Origin: an uncultured Cytophagales bacterium
GTDB taxonomy: Bacteria > Bacteroidota > Bacteroidia > Cytophagales > Bernardetiaceae
Direction of reading: 5' to 3'
Assembly (NCBI GenBank): GCA_963761725.1
Contig: CAVXHP010000006.1
Location: forward strand, 509,534 to 573,533
Length of the DNA: 64,000 nt
A program made the translations under genes and the position numbers. The notes beneath the pieces were generated by a model. That model saw nothing but the letters and a program-made list of their open reading frames with translations, was not told where the DNA came from and did not search any database. Positions 1 to 10,315 of the stretch are shown piece by piece (within the stretch, counting starts at the first letter, position 1; every line of letters starts with the position of its first letter).

Positions 1-2031
1 ATCAGCCGACATACTTACTCCATACGGATTTGTATTTCCTTGTGTAATAGCTTTTTTGTCTTCTCCATTCCATTTTACCGAATACAAATCTTGGTCGTCA
101 GTAGAAGCAGACCAGCTACCTCGATTAGTAACAAAATAAAACGTTTCGCCATCATCAGAAATTACCAAGTCAGACTCATTTCCATTCATCATGGTTACTT
201 GTACGAGGCGTTCGTGAATTCTATCAAAATCAATTTCGATAGGCTTTACTTCTTTTTTCTTCTCTTCTTTTTTATCCTTTTTATCATCGTCTTTTTTCTC
301 TTCTTTTTCTTTTGCCATTGGATTATTTGGGTCGTCGTAAGATATTTTTTCTTCCCAATCGCTTTTTGTTTTTTGCCAATCTTTTTTATTCAACCAAACA
401 AACCAAACATCGGCGTCTCCATTATTACGCTCCGAAATAAAGCCTAATTTGCTTCCATCTTTACTCCAAAAAGGTTCGCTATCGCTACGGGGATGATAAC
501 TAATATTTGTAGGTTTTTTGCTTCCGTCTGCTGCTGCAACATAAACCTCAGCATTGAAATACAAATCCTGCTGACTGTATGCAATCCATTTGCTATCAGG
601 CGACCATTGCAACCCATTAGCCTCATTCCAGCCTTCCAAAATTATTTTTTCATTACTTATTTTTCCACTTTTTCCATCAATATCTGCAATGATGAGTTTA
701 TTAGAACGAGTAAAGGAAATCTTTTTTCCATCTGGCGAAACGGTCAGATTATCTTCGTGTGCATCTGTATTAGTAAGTCTTGTAGTCTTATACTTTAAGG
801 TTTCGAAAAGTCCATTCTTTTTTATATCAGACGAATTTACCATAAAAATATCTTTCTGTCCTTCTCTATCAGAAATAAACAAAACGGTAGAATCATTCAA
901 AAAACTAACTTCTTGTTCACGAAAGGCACTATTTGTAAGTCTTACTGTTCGTTTGCTTTCTTTATCGTTTTCCATCAAAAATACTTCTCCACGAACGGCA
1001 AAAGTTACCAATTTCCCGTTGGGAGAAACGGCATATTCTTGCAAACTGTTAGTATATGTTTTTCTTTCTATTGGGTCAAAACGATAATCATATGTTACAT
1101 TTACTTCTAGAGGAGTAATTTTCTTGGTATTGACGTCTAATTTAAAAACGCCTGTTCCTTGCTCTAAAACAATTGTTTTTCCATCTTTACTCACATCAAA
1201 ATGACGAACTCCATCATCTTTAAATGTAGTGAGTTGCTGCGTTGTTCCATCAATCGCTCCTTCCTCTGTCAGATTTGTTTTATACAGATTATAGCTTCCA
1301 TCTGTTTCACTTACAAAAAACAAAGTGCGACTATCCGACCAATCTGGGTGCATATCATTACCCTGAAAAGTGGTTAGTTGTGTATATTTATTTGTTTTGG
1401 TATCGTACAAATACATATCACGATTGGCAGCACCACGATAATTTTTGCGTTCTGGCTTATTATATCCTTGAACATAAGCCACAAAACGACCATCTGGCGA
1501 CATAGAAGGCGTATAACCAATAACATCTAAATAGCGTTCTGGCGTTCCTCCACTAGCAGATATTTTCTGAATTTCTTGAGCCCATTCTGCTTGTGCAAAA
1601 TCACGACGAGACGTAAATAAAAGCGAATTATCATTTGTCCAACCTGCTAGATTATCTCCAGAAGAACGATAGGTAAGTCGCATTGGCATTGAGCCAACCG
1701 TTTCCATTACAAAAACATCATCGTTTCCATATCGGTCGCCTTGAAAAGCAATCATTTTTCCATCTGGACTAAAATGAGGATTAAATTCGTAGGCCTCATG
1801 GATGGTCAGGCGAGTAGCTTTTCCACCTTCAGTAGGCACAGACCAGATATCGCCTTGAAATGAAAAAGCAACTGTTTGACCGTCTGGACTAATGGCAGGA
1901 TAACGCAGAAAAGGTATTGAATCTTGCTGTGCAAAAGCACCTGTGAACACAAAGCCAGTACAAGCAATAGCTAAAGCCATGCTTATTTTTTTGGTTTTGC
2001 GTATAAAGTTTGAATTTTTTAGAAATGACAT
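1..2031 (-). CDS. Secreted TolB/PD40-like beta-propeller protein, probably the N-terminal part of a tricorn-protease-like (S41) peptidase; the C-terminus runs off the window
   Basis: Hand translation of the minus strand from the ATG at 2029-2031 gives MSFLKNSNFIRKTKKISMALAIACTGFVFTGAFAQQ (signal peptide). Repeated PD40-like blades follow (SPDGQTVAFSFQGDIWSV, SPDGKMIAFQGDRYGNDDVFVM, SPDGRFVAYVQ) and then a K/E/D-rich linker (KEKEEKKDDDKKDKKEEKKKE). The frame was checked as open and in phase at 1-60, 301-360 and 1441-1500. It is missing from the ORF track because there is no stop inside the window. The plus-strand ORFs 40-1110 are low-complexity antisense artefacts. Confidence 0.6.
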   Translation of the reverse strand, partial: MSFLKNSNFIRKTKKISMALAIACTGFVFTGAFAQQDSIPFLRYPAISPDGQTVAFSFQGDIWSVPTEGGKATRLTIHEAYEFNPHFSPDGKMIAFQGDRYGNDDVFVMETVGSMPMRLTYRSSGDNLAGWTNDNSLLFTSRRDFAQAEWAQEIQKISASGGTPERYLDVIGYTPSMSPDGRFVAYVQGYNKPERKNYRGAANRDMYLYDTKTNKYTQLTTFQGNDMHPDWSDSRTLFFVSETDGSYNLYKTNLTEEGAIDGTTQQLTTFKDDGVRHFDVSKDGKTIVLEQGTGVFKLDVNTKKITPLEVNVTYDYRFDPIERKTYTNSLQEYAVSPNGKLVTFAVRGEVFLMENDKESKRTVRLTNSAFREQEVSFLNDSTVLFISDREGQKDIFMVNSSDIKKNGLFETLKYKTTRLTNTDAHEDNLTVSPDGKKISFTRSNKLIIADIDGKSGKISNEKIILEGWNEANGLQWSPDSKWIAYSQQDLYFNAEVYVAAADGSKKPTNISYHPRSDSEPFWSKDGSKLGFISERNNGDADVWFVWLNKKDWQKTKSDWEEKISYDDPNNPMAKEKEEKKDDDKKDKKEEKKKEVKPIEIDFDRIHERLVQVTMMNGNESDLVISDDGETFYFVTNRGSWSASTDDQDLYSVKWNGEDKKAITQGNTNPYGVSMSAD

Positions 2032-2301
2032 AGTTTGAATTTATGTTTAGATTTATTCTTGAACTGTTTAGCATTTAACTTATAGCAAAATACGATACAA
2101 AAGTTAAAGGCACAAATAAATACCTCAACACATTACTCTGTATTGAGGTAGATTATATTTTTTTAATAGAAAGTACAATTATTGTGATTAGTATCTAGTC
2201 TGAAAAAGCTGAAATTTCATAAAAAAATCAAACAAGTTTGTAGAAAAATAGTAATCCTAAAAAATAAACAGAATTTGTCAAATCAACAGAAAAATTATAC
2301 G

Positions 2302-3765
2302 ATGAAACACAAGATACTTATTCTTGATGACGAAGATAAACTAAGAAACCTATTGGGTAGAATTATAAAATTAGAAGGTTTTGAAGTTTGCGAGGTAGAA
2401 AATTGTGAAAAAGCACTCCAAAAACTGAAAGAGCATCAGATTACTAGTTCTCCTTTTGAGGTAATGTTGTGTGATGTAAAATTGCCAGATGGAAACGGTG
2501 TAGAATTATCACAAAAAATAAAACAGCTTTATCCAGAATTAGAAATAATTTTGCTGACTGCTTACGGAAATATTCCAGATGGCGTACAGGCAATGAAAAA
2601 TGGTGCTTTCGATTATATCGTAAAAGGAACAGATAATAATAAAATTGTTCCGTTGGTGCATCGTGCCATCGAAAAAATAGAAGCAAATAAAATTATTGCT
2701 CAAAAATTAGCACAACAAAAAACACACGAAACAGAACAAAAAGATAAAGAAACAAAAAGTGATTTTTCTACTTTTCAAAATTCTCTACAAAAACAGTATT
2801 CAAAAAGTCCTTTTGATGCTATCATCGGAAATTCAAAAATAGTAAGAGAAACAGCTATCGAACTCGCCAAAAAAGTAGCTCTAACAGACACAACCGTACT
2901 TCTGACAGGCGAAACAGGAACAGGAAAAGAAGTTTTTGCACAAGCCATTCATCAAGCTAGTAGTAGAAGTAACGAAAATTTTGTAGCCATAAATTGTGCA
3001 GCCTTTGGAAAAGAACTTTTAGAAAGCGAAATGTTCGGACACAAAGCAGGTTCGTTTACAGGAGCAACAAAAGACAAAACAGGACTTTTTGGAGAAGCCG
3101 ATAAAGGAACAATTTTTTTAGATGAAGTAGGAGAAATGAGTTTGGAATTGCAAGCCAAATTATTACGAGTTTTGGAAACAGGCGAGTTTTTGAAAGTAGG
3201 AGAAGCAAAACCTACAAAAGTAAACGTCAGGATTATTGCAGCTTCGAATCGTGATTTTAAAAACGAAATAAAAGAAGGAAATTTTAGAGCAGATTTGTAT
3301 TATCGTTTGTCTGTTTTTGATATTTATTTACCACCTCTGCGAGAACGAAAAGGAGATGTAAAATTACTTACCAATCATTTTATGAGTGTTTTTAATAATA
3401 AAATGAGTAAAAATATTACCTCTTTTTCTGACGAATTTATAACAGCTTTAGAGCATCACAATTGGGAAGGAAATATACGAGAACTCAAAAATGTAATAGA
3501 ACGAAGTATGATTTTAGAAAGCAGTCAAGAATTGAATTTTGGTAGTCTTCCTATAGATATGCAAAAAGCAGAAATGCAAAGGAGTTTAAATCAAGATACT
3601 TCAACTACTAATGAATTAGACTCTTTTACACTTGCTAGTGCAGAAAAAGCACAAATTCAGTCCGTTTTAGAATATACAAAAGGAAACAAAACCAAAACAG
3701 CACAATTACTCAACATTGCTTTAACGACTTTATATAGAAAATTAGAAGAATATGGTTTGAACTAG
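2302..3765 (+). CDS. Sigma-54-dependent response regulator (NtrC/Fis family), likely the regulator of the kdp locus
   Basis: The N-terminal receiver domain reads KILILDDEDKLRNLL...CDVKLPDGNG. An AAA+ sigma-54 interaction domain follows (GETGTGKE, GAFTGA, ESEMFGH) and a C-terminal Fis-type HTH. The likely start is the ATG at 2302 (MKHKIL), not the 2275 of the ORF track. Confidence 0.85.
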   Translation: MKHKILILDDEDKLRNLLGRIIKLEGFEVCEVENCEKALQKLKEHQITSSPFEVMLCDVKLPDGNGVELSQKIKQLYPELEIILLTAYGNIPDGVQAMKNGAFDYIVKGTDNNKIVPLVHRAIEKIEANKIIAQKLAQQKTHETEQKDKETKSDFSTFQNSLQKQYSKSPFDAIIGNSKIVRETAIELAKKVALTDTTVLLTGETGTGKEVFAQAIHQASSRSNENFVAINCAAFGKELLESEMFGHKAGSFTGATKDKTGLFGEADKGTIFLDEVGEMSLELQAKLLRVLETGEFLKVGEAKPTKVNVRIIAASNRDFKNEIKEGNFRADLYYRLSVFDIYLPPLRERKGDVKLLTNHFMSVFNNKMSKNITSFSDEFITALEHHNWEGNIRELKNVIERSMILESSQELNFGSLPIDMQKAEMQRSLNQDTSTTNELDSFTLASAEKAQIQSVLEYTKGNKTKTAQLLNIALTTLYRKLEEYGLN

Positions 3766-3858
3766 TATCACGGACTTCCCAGTCTGTGTAATGCAAAACT
3801 ATTTATTCGTCAGACTAGGAAGTCCGACATACATTAGCAAAACGCTATGATTTACTCC

Positions 3859-3890
3859 AAAAAACCCTATCAAAACGATAGGGTTTTTTT
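3859..3890 (+). terminator. Rho-independent terminator after the regulator gene
   Basis: The sequence is aaaaaCCCTATCaaaacGATAGGGttttttt: a 7-bp GC-containing stem followed by a T7 run. An imperfect long-loop hairpin lies upstream (GGACTTCCCAGTCTG at 3772-3786 against CAGACTAGGAAGTCC at 3811-3825). Confidence 0.6.
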
Positions 3891-4176
3891 ATGCTATTTT
3901 TTTAATAAAACCATAACTAACTGATTTACAGAAACTTACAAAAAAGTCATTAAAATTGTAAAAGGTATGGCATAACCGATTTATAAAAAATCAATTACAA
4001 AATTAATTATCTATTCAGTTTAATTTTCAATTCTCATGATGTACATTTTTTTGCTAATCACAGCTATCGCACTTTTTGGTTTTTTGTTCAAATCTATTGA
4101 CTTGTTTGAAAATATATAAAACCTAATCACTCCTTCAATTATCCTAAAATATTTATCAAAACAAATTTTTACAATT

Positions 4177-4254
4177 ATGCTCGCTTTATTTTTTGTTGCT
4201 ATTAGTGTCTTTTTTTATATGTGTTACGTGCTTTTCAAACCTGAAAAATTTTAG
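4177..4254 (+). CDS. kdpF: KdpF, the small membrane subunit of the Kdp ATPase (25 aa; not in the ORF track)
   Basis: ATG at 4177 and TAG at 4252-4254 give MLALFFVAISVFFYMCYVLFKPEKF. This is a single TM helix ending in the Y..L.KPE.F tail typical of KdpF, and it sits 72 bp upstream of kdpA. The 101-aa ORF listed at 4193-4498 is a different-frame artefact. Confidence 0.6.
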   Translation: MLALFFVAISVFFYMCYVLFKPEKF

Positions 4255-4325
4255 CTTAATCTTATATCACAGAATTCTTAGTCTGTGTAAAAAACTATTC
4301 ATTCTCATCATTAAATTCATAAAAA

Positions 4326-6026
4326 ATGAACACAGAAATACTCGGTATTATTTTAATGTACGGCATTGTGCTAGGCTTAGCACTCCTTCTAGGTCGTTAC
4401 ATTGGCAAAATTTTCAACTACGAATCTACTTTTTTAGATGCCATTTTCAATCCTATAGACAATCTATTTTTCAAAATAGCACGCATAGATGCAACTAGAG
4501 AAATGACTTGGAAAGAAAATTTAGTCGCTCTTCTCACTATCAATTTTGTTTGGTTTTTGATTGCCTTTTTTGTTCTGACAAATATGTCTTGGTTGCCTCT
4601 CAACCCTGATGCAAATCCTTCTATGTCAGCCGATTTAGCATTTAATACAGCCATTAGTTTTGTTACTAATACAAACTTGCAACATTATTCTGGCGAAACT
4701 TCGCTTTCTTATTTTGGTCAGCTTTGTTTGATGCTTTGGCAATTTATTAGTGCAGCAACAGGAATTGCTATCTGTGCCGTTTTGTTTACAGCCATGAAAG
4801 AACGAACTACCAATACAGTAGGAAATTTTTATAGCTTTTTTGTTCGTACAGGAACACGTATTTTGTTTCCTTTAGCTTTGGTAGTAGGAATTATTTTAGC
4901 TTTTAGTGGCGTTCCGATGACTTTTGATGGAAAAGATACGGTTACTACTTTGGAGGGAAATCAAACTCAAAACATTAGTCGTGGTCCTGCTGCTGCTTTT
5001 ATTGCTATCAAACAATTAGGTACAAATGGTGGTGGTTATTACGGTGTAAACTCTGCTAATCCGTTAGAAAATCCATCTTATTTTACCAATATTGTCCAAA
5101 CGGTTTGTATTTTTCTTATTCCTATCGCTCTTATTTTTGCAATGGGTTATATGTTAAAACGCAAAAAATTAGCGTGGACAATTTATGGAGTAATGACCAT
5201 TGGTGTTTTCCTTCTCGCTACGATTGCAATTACAAGTGAAATGAACGGTTCTCCTGTTATTGATAAAATGGGAATTGCACAAGAAATGGGAAGTATGGAA
5301 GGCAAAGAAACTCGTTTTGGTTCGGCAGCTTCTGCATATTGGGCAGTTAATACAACCGTAACAAGTAATGGTTCTGTCAATGCGATGCACGATAGTTTGA
5401 CTCCTTTGGGTGGAATGGCTGCACTTTTAGGAATGATGATAAACTGCTTTTACGGTGGTGTAGGCGTAGGTTTTCTTAATTTTTATGTTTTCATTATTCT
5501 TGCCGTTTTTATTAGTGGACTTATGGTAGGACGAACGCCTGAATTTTTGGGTAAGAAAATTGAAGCCAAAGAAATGAAAATTGCTATGGTAATCGCTCTT
5601 ATGCACCCACTTTTTATTTTGGGAGGAACAGCTCTAGCAAGTTATTTATATACTTCAAATCCAGCAGAATATGCAGGTTGGTTGAATAATCCTTCGTATC
5701 ACGGATTTAGCGAAATGTTGTACGAATTTACTTCAGCTTCGGCAAATAACGGTAGTGGTTTTGAAGGGTTGGGAGATAATACTCCATTTTGGAACATTGC
5801 AGCAGGAATTATTATGCTTTTAGCTCGTTTTCTTCCAATCATTGGACCTATCGCCATTGCAGGTATTTTAGCTAAGAAAAAATATATCCCTCAAAGTGCA
5901 GGTACACTTCAAACCGATACTTCTACTTTTGGAGTTATGATTTTGGCAGTCATTTTTATTATTGCTGCACTTGCCTTTTTCCCTGCTCTTACTTTAGGAA
6001 CATTAGCCGAATTTTTTACTGTATAA
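4326..6026 (+). CDS. kdpA: Potassium-transporting ATPase subunit A
   Basis: 566 aa, polytopic membrane protein. The order in the operon and the overall sequence (MNTEILGIILMYGIVLGLALLLGRYIGKIF...; GTNGGGYYGVNSANPLENP selectivity-filter-like segment) are typical of KdpA. Confidence 0.9.
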   Translation: MNTEILGIILMYGIVLGLALLLGRYIGKIFNYESTFLDAIFNPIDNLFFKIARIDATREMTWKENLVALLTINFVWFLIAFFVLTNMSWLPLNPDANPSMSADLAFNTAISFVTNTNLQHYSGETSLSYFGQLCLMLWQFISAATGIAICAVLFTAMKERTTNTVGNFYSFFVRTGTRILFPLALVVGIILAFSGVPMTFDGKDTVTTLEGNQTQNISRGPAAAFIAIKQLGTNGGGYYGVNSANPLENPSYFTNIVQTVCIFLIPIALIFAMGYMLKRKKLAWTIYGVMTIGVFLLATIAITSEMNGSPVIDKMGIAQEMGSMEGKETRFGSAASAYWAVNTTVTSNGSVNAMHDSLTPLGGMAALLGMMINCFYGGVGVGFLNFYVFIILAVFISGLMVGRTPEFLGKKIEAKEMKIAMVIALMHPLFILGGTALASYLYTSNPAEYAGWLNNPSYHGFSEMLYEFTSASANNGSGFEGLGDNTPFWNIAAGIIMLLARFLPIIGPIAIAGILAKKKYIPQSAGTLQTDTSTFGVMILAVIFIIAALAFFPALTLGTLAEFFTV

Positions 6027-6037
6027 ATAATTAACCT

Positions 6038-6071
6038 AAACCTATAAGGTTTTCAGAAACCTTATAGGTTT
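6038..6071. repeat. Perfect palindromic stem-loop (CCTATAAGG type) placed just after the kdpA stop
   Basis: AAACCTATAAGGTTT-tcag-AAACCTTATAGGTTT. It belongs with the hairpins at 10257-10289 and 62960-62994. Confidence 0.8.
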
Positions 6072-6086
6072 GAAAAAATATAAAAA

Positions 6087-8120
6087 ATGAATACCACAAA
6101 TAAATCAAATCAATCTTTACTCCAAAAAGATATGATGAAAGAGGCTTTTATAGAATCTTTCATTAAGCTCAACCCAAAAACGATGTTCAAAAATCCTGTA
6201 ATGTTTACAGTAGAAATAGGAACATTTGTAATGCTAATCGTGTGCATCTGGATTTTGTTAGGAGAAAATTCTCAAGGTAGTTTTGTCTATAATTTTATCG
6301 TTTTTCTTGTTTTATTACTTACTTTATTGTTTGCCAATTTTGCCGAAGCCATAGCCGAAGCGAGAGGAAAAGCACAAGCAAACAGTCTTAGAAAAACAAG
6401 AGAAGAAACGCCAGCTATTCTCAAAAATGGAGAAGTAATTAGTTCTAGCCAACTCAAAAAAGGCGATATTTTCGTTTGTGTAGCAGGCGATATTATTCCT
6501 ACCGATGGAGAGATTATTGAAGGACTTGCAACCATAGATGAGAGTGCCATTACGGGAGAAAGCGCACCCGTAATTAGAGAAGCAGGTGGAGATAAAAGTA
6601 GTGTTACAGGAGGTACAAAGATACTTTCTGATAGAATCGAAGTGAAAGTAACGGCAGCAGCAGGAGAGAGTTTTTTGGATAAAATGATTGCACTTGTAGA
6701 AGGAGCATCAAGACAAAAAACACCAAATGAAATTGCTTTAACAATCCTTTTAGCAGGTTTTACTTTAGTTTTTGTTATCGTAACCATTACACTAAAACCA
6801 TTTGCAGATTACGCCAATGCACCTATTACGATTGCAGCTTTTATTTCACTTTTTGTGTGTCTAATTCCAACTACTATTGGTGGACTTTTATCAGCCATCG
6901 GTATTGCAGGAATGGACAGAGCATTGAGAGCAAACGTAATCACAAAGTCAGGTAAAGCAGTAGAAACAGCAGGAGATATCGATGTACTTTTATTAGATAA
7001 AACAGGTACAATTACGATAGGAAACCGTAAGGCAACAAAATTCTATGCTTCCGAAGGAGTAAACGAAGAGGAGTTTATCAAAAGTGCCGTCTATAGTTCT
7101 CTTTCAGACCTTACACCAGAAGGTAAATCTATTTTAGAATTGGCAGCCGTTGAGATAAAACTTGATGCAAAAGAAGTTAATTTACCTAATCCTGAATTTA
7201 TAGAATTTACAGCTCAAACTCGTTCTTCAGGAGTTGATTATGAAGACAAACGAATCCGTAAAGGAGCTTACGATGCCATCAAAAATCTGGTAGAACAAGC
7301 AGGAAACACTTTTCCAATTCAGACTACAAAACGAGTAGAAGAAATTTCAAATAATGGTGGAACACCTTTAGTAGTTTCTCAAAATGAAAAGGTTTTGGGA
7401 GTAATTGAATTACAAGACATTATTAAAGTAGGAATGCAAGAGCGTTTTGAAAGACTGCGTAGAATGGGTGTCAAGACCGTTATGGTAACAGGCGATAATC
7501 CTCTAACAGCTAAATATATTGCAGAAAAAGCTGGCGTTGATGATTTTATTGCAGAAGCCAAACCAGAGGACAAAATGAATTATATCAAAGCCGAACAGCA
7601 ATCAGGAAAACTCGTTGCAATGATGGGTGATGGTACGAATGATGCGCCTGCACTTGCTCAAGCAGATGTTGGAGTAGCAATGAATAGTGGAACACAGGCA
7701 GCCAAAGAAGCTGGAAATATGGTAGATTTGGATAATGACCCTACAAAATTGATCGAAATTGTAGAGATTGGAAAGCAGCTTTTAATGACTCGTGGAACGC
7801 TCACTACCTTTAGTATTGCAAACGATGTAGCCAAATATTTTGCTATCATTCCTGCGCTTTTCATTGCTGCTATTCCTGCACTGCAAGGTCTGAATATTAT
7901 GGGTCTGCATAGTCCAGAAAGTGCAATTTTATCAGCCGTTATTTTTAATGCTATCATTATTCCAATTCTTATTCCTTTAGCGTTGAAAGGTGTGGCGTAT
8001 AAGCCAATTGGTGCAAGTGCATTGCTTAGAAGAAACCTTCTTATTTATGGTTTGGGTGGTGTAATTGTTCCTTTTATCGGAATAAAATTAATTGATATGC
8101 TTGTTTCTGTTTTTATATAA
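6087..8120 (+). CDS. kdpB: Potassium-transporting P-type ATPase subunit B
   Basis: 677 aa with the P-type ATPase motifs DKTGTIT (phosphorylation site), [10 protein letters not shown] and [16 protein letters not shown]. Confidence 0.92.
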   Translation: MNTTNKSNQSLLQKDMMKEAFIESFIKLNPKTMFKNPVMFTVEIGTFVMLIVCIWILLGENSQGSFVYNFIVFLVLLLTLLFANFAEAIAEARGKAQANSLRKTREETPAILKNGEVISSSQLKKGDIFVCVAGDIIPTDGEIIEGLATIDESAITGESAPVIREAGGDKSSVTGGTKILSDRIEVKVTAAAGESFLDKMIALVEGASRQKTPNEIALTILLAGFTLVFVIVTITLKPFADYANAPITIAAFISLFVCLIPTTIGGLLSAIGIAGMDRALRANVITKSGKAVETAGDIDVLLLDKTGTITIGNRKATKFYASEGVNEEEFIKSAVYSSLSDLTPEGKSILELAAVEIKLDAKEVNLPNPEFIEFTAQTRSSGVDYEDKRIRKGAYDAIKNLVEQAGNTFPIQTTKRVEEISNNGGTPLVVSQNEKVLGVIELQDIIKVGMQERFERLRRMGVKTVMVTGDNPLTAKYIAEKAGVDDFIAEAKPEDKMNYIKAEQQSGKLVAMMGDGTNDAPALAQADVGVAMNSGTQAAKEAGNMVDLDNDPTKLIEIVEIGKQLLMTRGTLTTFSIANDVAKYFAIIPALFIAAIPALQGLNIMGLHSPESAILSAVIFNAIIIPILIPLALKGVAYKPIGASALLRRNLLIYGLGGVIVPFIGIKLIDMLVSVFI

Positions 8121-8132
8121 AAAAGGAAAATA

Positions 8133-8288
8133 GTCGCTCGTGGGGACACGAGCAACGGTAAGTTTACTCATTATTCTACACAAAAACGTATCGTTTCATT
8201 ACAAACTTTAAAAAATACCGTTGCTCGTGTCCTCACGAGCGACAAAAACACAAAAAATACATCCGTTGCTCGTGTCCTCACGAGCGAC
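8133..8288. repeat. Three copies of a 26-bp GC-rich palindromic element in the kdpB-kdpC spacer (one forward, two reverse)
   Basis: GTCGCTCGTGGGGACACGAGCAACGG at 8133-8158. Its reverse complement CCGTTGCTCGTGTCCTCACGAGCGAC lies at 8218-8243 and 8263-8288. Each unit is itself a stem-loop (GTCGCTCGTG / CACGAGC[A/G]AC). Confidence 0.85.
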
Positions 8289-8309
8289 ATTAAACATAAA
8301 TAAAATCCA

Positions 8310-8891
8310 ATGAAAAATCATATTTTATCAGCCGTTTTACTCACTTTAGTTTCTGCTGTTTTCTTTGTGGGAATTTATACGGCTATTGTTTTTGGAGTTG
8401 CACAATTAGCTCCCAATAATGGAAAAGGCGATTATTACACTAAAAACGATAAAAAATACTACAACAATGTAGGACAATCGTTTACTTCTGTTGGTTATTT
8501 TAATTCTCGTCCTTCAGCAGTTGATTACGATGCAGCAGGTTCAGGAGGAACAAATCACGGAATTGCAAATCCAGACCACATTGCAGCCTTAAACGAACGC
8601 ATTGATACATTTATGAATCAAAATCCGAATGTAGAAAAATCACAAATTCCGTCTGAATTAATTACTTCTAGTGGTAGTGGACTTGACCCACATATTTCGG
8701 TTGATGCTGCAAGTGTACAAGTGAAGCGAATTGCAAAAATTAGAAATGTATCTGAAAAAACAGTTCAACAACTGATTACCGAAAATACAGAACCTGCTCT
8801 TTTAGGTCTTTTCGGAACAGAGAAAATTAATGTTTTGAAAATCAATTTGGCTCTTGATGAAGTGAGTAAAATATTGACTTCGGAGCAGTAA
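8310..8891 (+). CDS. kdpC: Potassium-transporting ATPase subunit C
   Basis: 193 aa with an N-terminal TM helix and the KdpC-typical segment SGSGLDPHIS...AASVQVKRIA. It lies directly after kdpB. Confidence 0.85.
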   Translation: MKNHILSAVLLTLVSAVFFVGIYTAIVFGVAQLAPNNGKGDYYTKNDKKYYNNVGQSFTSVGYFNSRPSAVDYDAAGSGGTNHGIANPDHIAALNERIDTFMNQNPNVEKSQIPSELITSSGSGLDPHISVDAASVQVKRIAKIRNVSEKTVQQLITENTEPALLGLFGTEKINVLKINLALDEVSKILTSEQ

Positions 8892-9025
8892 TAAACAACG
8901 ATTGCTAAGGTCAGATTACTGACCGTTAGCAACGTTTTAATAACAAAAATTTCAGAAATTAGTGAACTAAAAGCAATCCTTTAGCCTACAAATACATTAT
9001 TAATATTCAAATTTAAAGTATTTTT

Positions 9026-9067
9026 CCCTTAGCAATCGTCTTGTAATCAAGACGTTACTAATGGGAA
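9026..9067. repeat. ~42-bp palindromic element with a TTAGCAA core (family B), upstream of the porin gene
   Basis: CCCTTAGCAATCGTCTTGTAATCAAGACGTTACTAATGGGAA. Related copies are at 8897-8934 (divergent), 59856-59897 (reverse) and 59933-59972. Confidence 0.75.
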
Positions 9068-9089
9068 TCATAAAACAAACCCTAATTAT

Positions 9090-10247
9090 ATGAAAACCAT
9101 TTTATATACACTTTTTTCTAGTGCCTTTTTTTTAGCCAGCAGTATGGCGACGGCTCAAACAGAAACCGATACTCTTACAAATTCTGTTACCAGTTCTACG
9201 ATTAGAGAGGACATGACAGAAACGCCTTCGTCTTTCGGACTTGAAGGATTGAAAGTAAACGGCTATTTAGAAACGTATTACATTTATGATTTTAATGAAC
9301 CAGAAAATCACGTTCGTCCAGGCTTTTTTTATTCTTTTAATCGTCATAATGAAGTCGCTCTGAATTTAGGATTTATTCAAGCAGAATATCAGCGAGATAG
9401 AGTAAGAGGAAAATTAGCTTTAATGACAGGTTCGTATGCCAACGCAAATTTGGCAGCAGAAGAAGGAGTTTTGAAAAATATCTTTGAAGCGAATGTAGGT
9501 GTAAAATTATCTTCTACTAAAAATCTTTGGTTAGATGCTGGTATTTTTGCTTCCCATATCGGTTTTGAAAGTGCAATAGGTCAGAATTGTTGGAATATGA
9601 CACGTAGTATGTTAGCAGAAAATTCTCCCTATTATGTAAGTGGTGCAAAAATTTCGTATGCTTCCGACAATGAAAAATGGTTTCTGTCAGGACTTTTACT
9701 CAACGGTTGGCAGCGTATTCAACGTGTAGATGGAAATCAAACGCCTGCTTTTGGTCATCAAATTACCTATATGCCAAACGACAAAATTACTTTGAATAGT
9801 AGTTCTTTTATTGGAAATGATTATCCAGAAGACGAGAAAAAAATGCGTTATTTTCATAACTTTTTTGCACAAATGCAGCTTACCGAAAAATTTGGAATTA
9901 TTGCAGGTTTTGATATTGGTGCAGAGCAAAAAGAAAAAGAAAGCAGTGAGTACAATACGTGGTATTCTCCTGTTTTGATAGCTCGTTTAGGACTTTCTGA
10001 AAAAGTAAATTTAGCTGCACGAGTTGAATATTATTCAGATGAAAATGGAGTAATTATAGGAACAGGAACGCCAAACGGTTTCCAAACTTTTGGTTATTCT
10101 CTCAACTTAGATTATTTGATTATGGACAATGTCTGGTGGAGAATAGAAGGAAGAACATTGAATAGTCAGGACGAAATATTTATAAAAAATAATGAAGCTA
10201 CTCAAACAAATACGTTTTTAGGAACTTCTCTTTCAGTTAGATTTTAA
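9090..10247 (+). CDS. Outer-membrane beta-barrel porin associated with the kdp operon
   Basis: The signal peptide reads MKTILYTLFSSAFFLASSMATAQ. Aromatic residues alternate through the body and the C-terminus ends ...SLSVRF with a terminal Phe. A porin gene between kdpC and kdpD is the usual Bacteroidetes arrangement. Confidence 0.6.
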   Translation: MKTILYTLFSSAFFLASSMATAQTETDTLTNSVTSSTIREDMTETPSSFGLEGLKVNGYLETYYIYDFNEPENHVRPGFFYSFNRHNEVALNLGFIQAEYQRDRVRGKLALMTGSYANANLAAEEGVLKNIFEANVGVKLSSTKNLWLDAGIFASHIGFESAIGQNCWNMTRSMLAENSPYYVSGAKISYASDNEKWFLSGLLLNGWQRIQRVDGNQTPAFGHQITYMPNDKITLNSSSFIGNDYPEDEKKMRYFHNFFAQMQLTEKFGIIAGFDIGAEQKEKESSEYNTWYSPVLIARLGLSEKVNLAARVEYYSDENGVIIGTGTPNGFQTFGYSLNLDYLIMDNVWWRIEGRTLNSQDEIFIKNNEATQTNTFLGTSLSVRF

Positions 10248-10256
10248 GAGTTGTTC

Positions 10257-10289
10257 AGACCCTAAGGGTTTTCAAAACCCTTAGGGTCT
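10257..10289. repeat. Perfect 16-bp-stem palindrome (CCCTAAGGG type) after the porin gene stop
   Basis: AGACCCTAAGGGTTTT-c-AAAACCCTTAGGGTCT. Confidence 0.8.
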
Positions 10290-10315
10290 TCTTGTAATAA
10301 GAAAACATTTCCATT

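Noticed and set aside
40-1110. Plus-strand ORFs (135, 101, 165 and 65 aa) with poly-F/L/I low-complexity translations
   Set aside because: They are antisense to the well-formed minus-strand beta-propeller gene (1-2031). The composition is an artefact of reading the K/E/D-rich linker and repeats backwards.
3894-4176. Sigma-54 promoter for kdpFABC
   Set aside because: Only partial matches are present (TGGCATaaccgATTTAT has no -12 GC; TGTACAtttttTTGCT has no -24 GG). It is not called as a feature and needs a PWM scan or TSS mapping.
4193-4498. 101-aa ORF overlapping the kdpF/kdpA junction
   Set aside because: It is in the wrong frame relative to the recognisable KdpF peptide and the KdpA N-terminus, with low-complexity translation.
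6287-7957. Antisense ORFs inside kdpB (166, 64 and 99 aa) and similar antisense ORFs inside rpoC, the sensor gene and others
   Set aside because: They lie opposite strongly conserved coding sequence and have biased, low-information translations.
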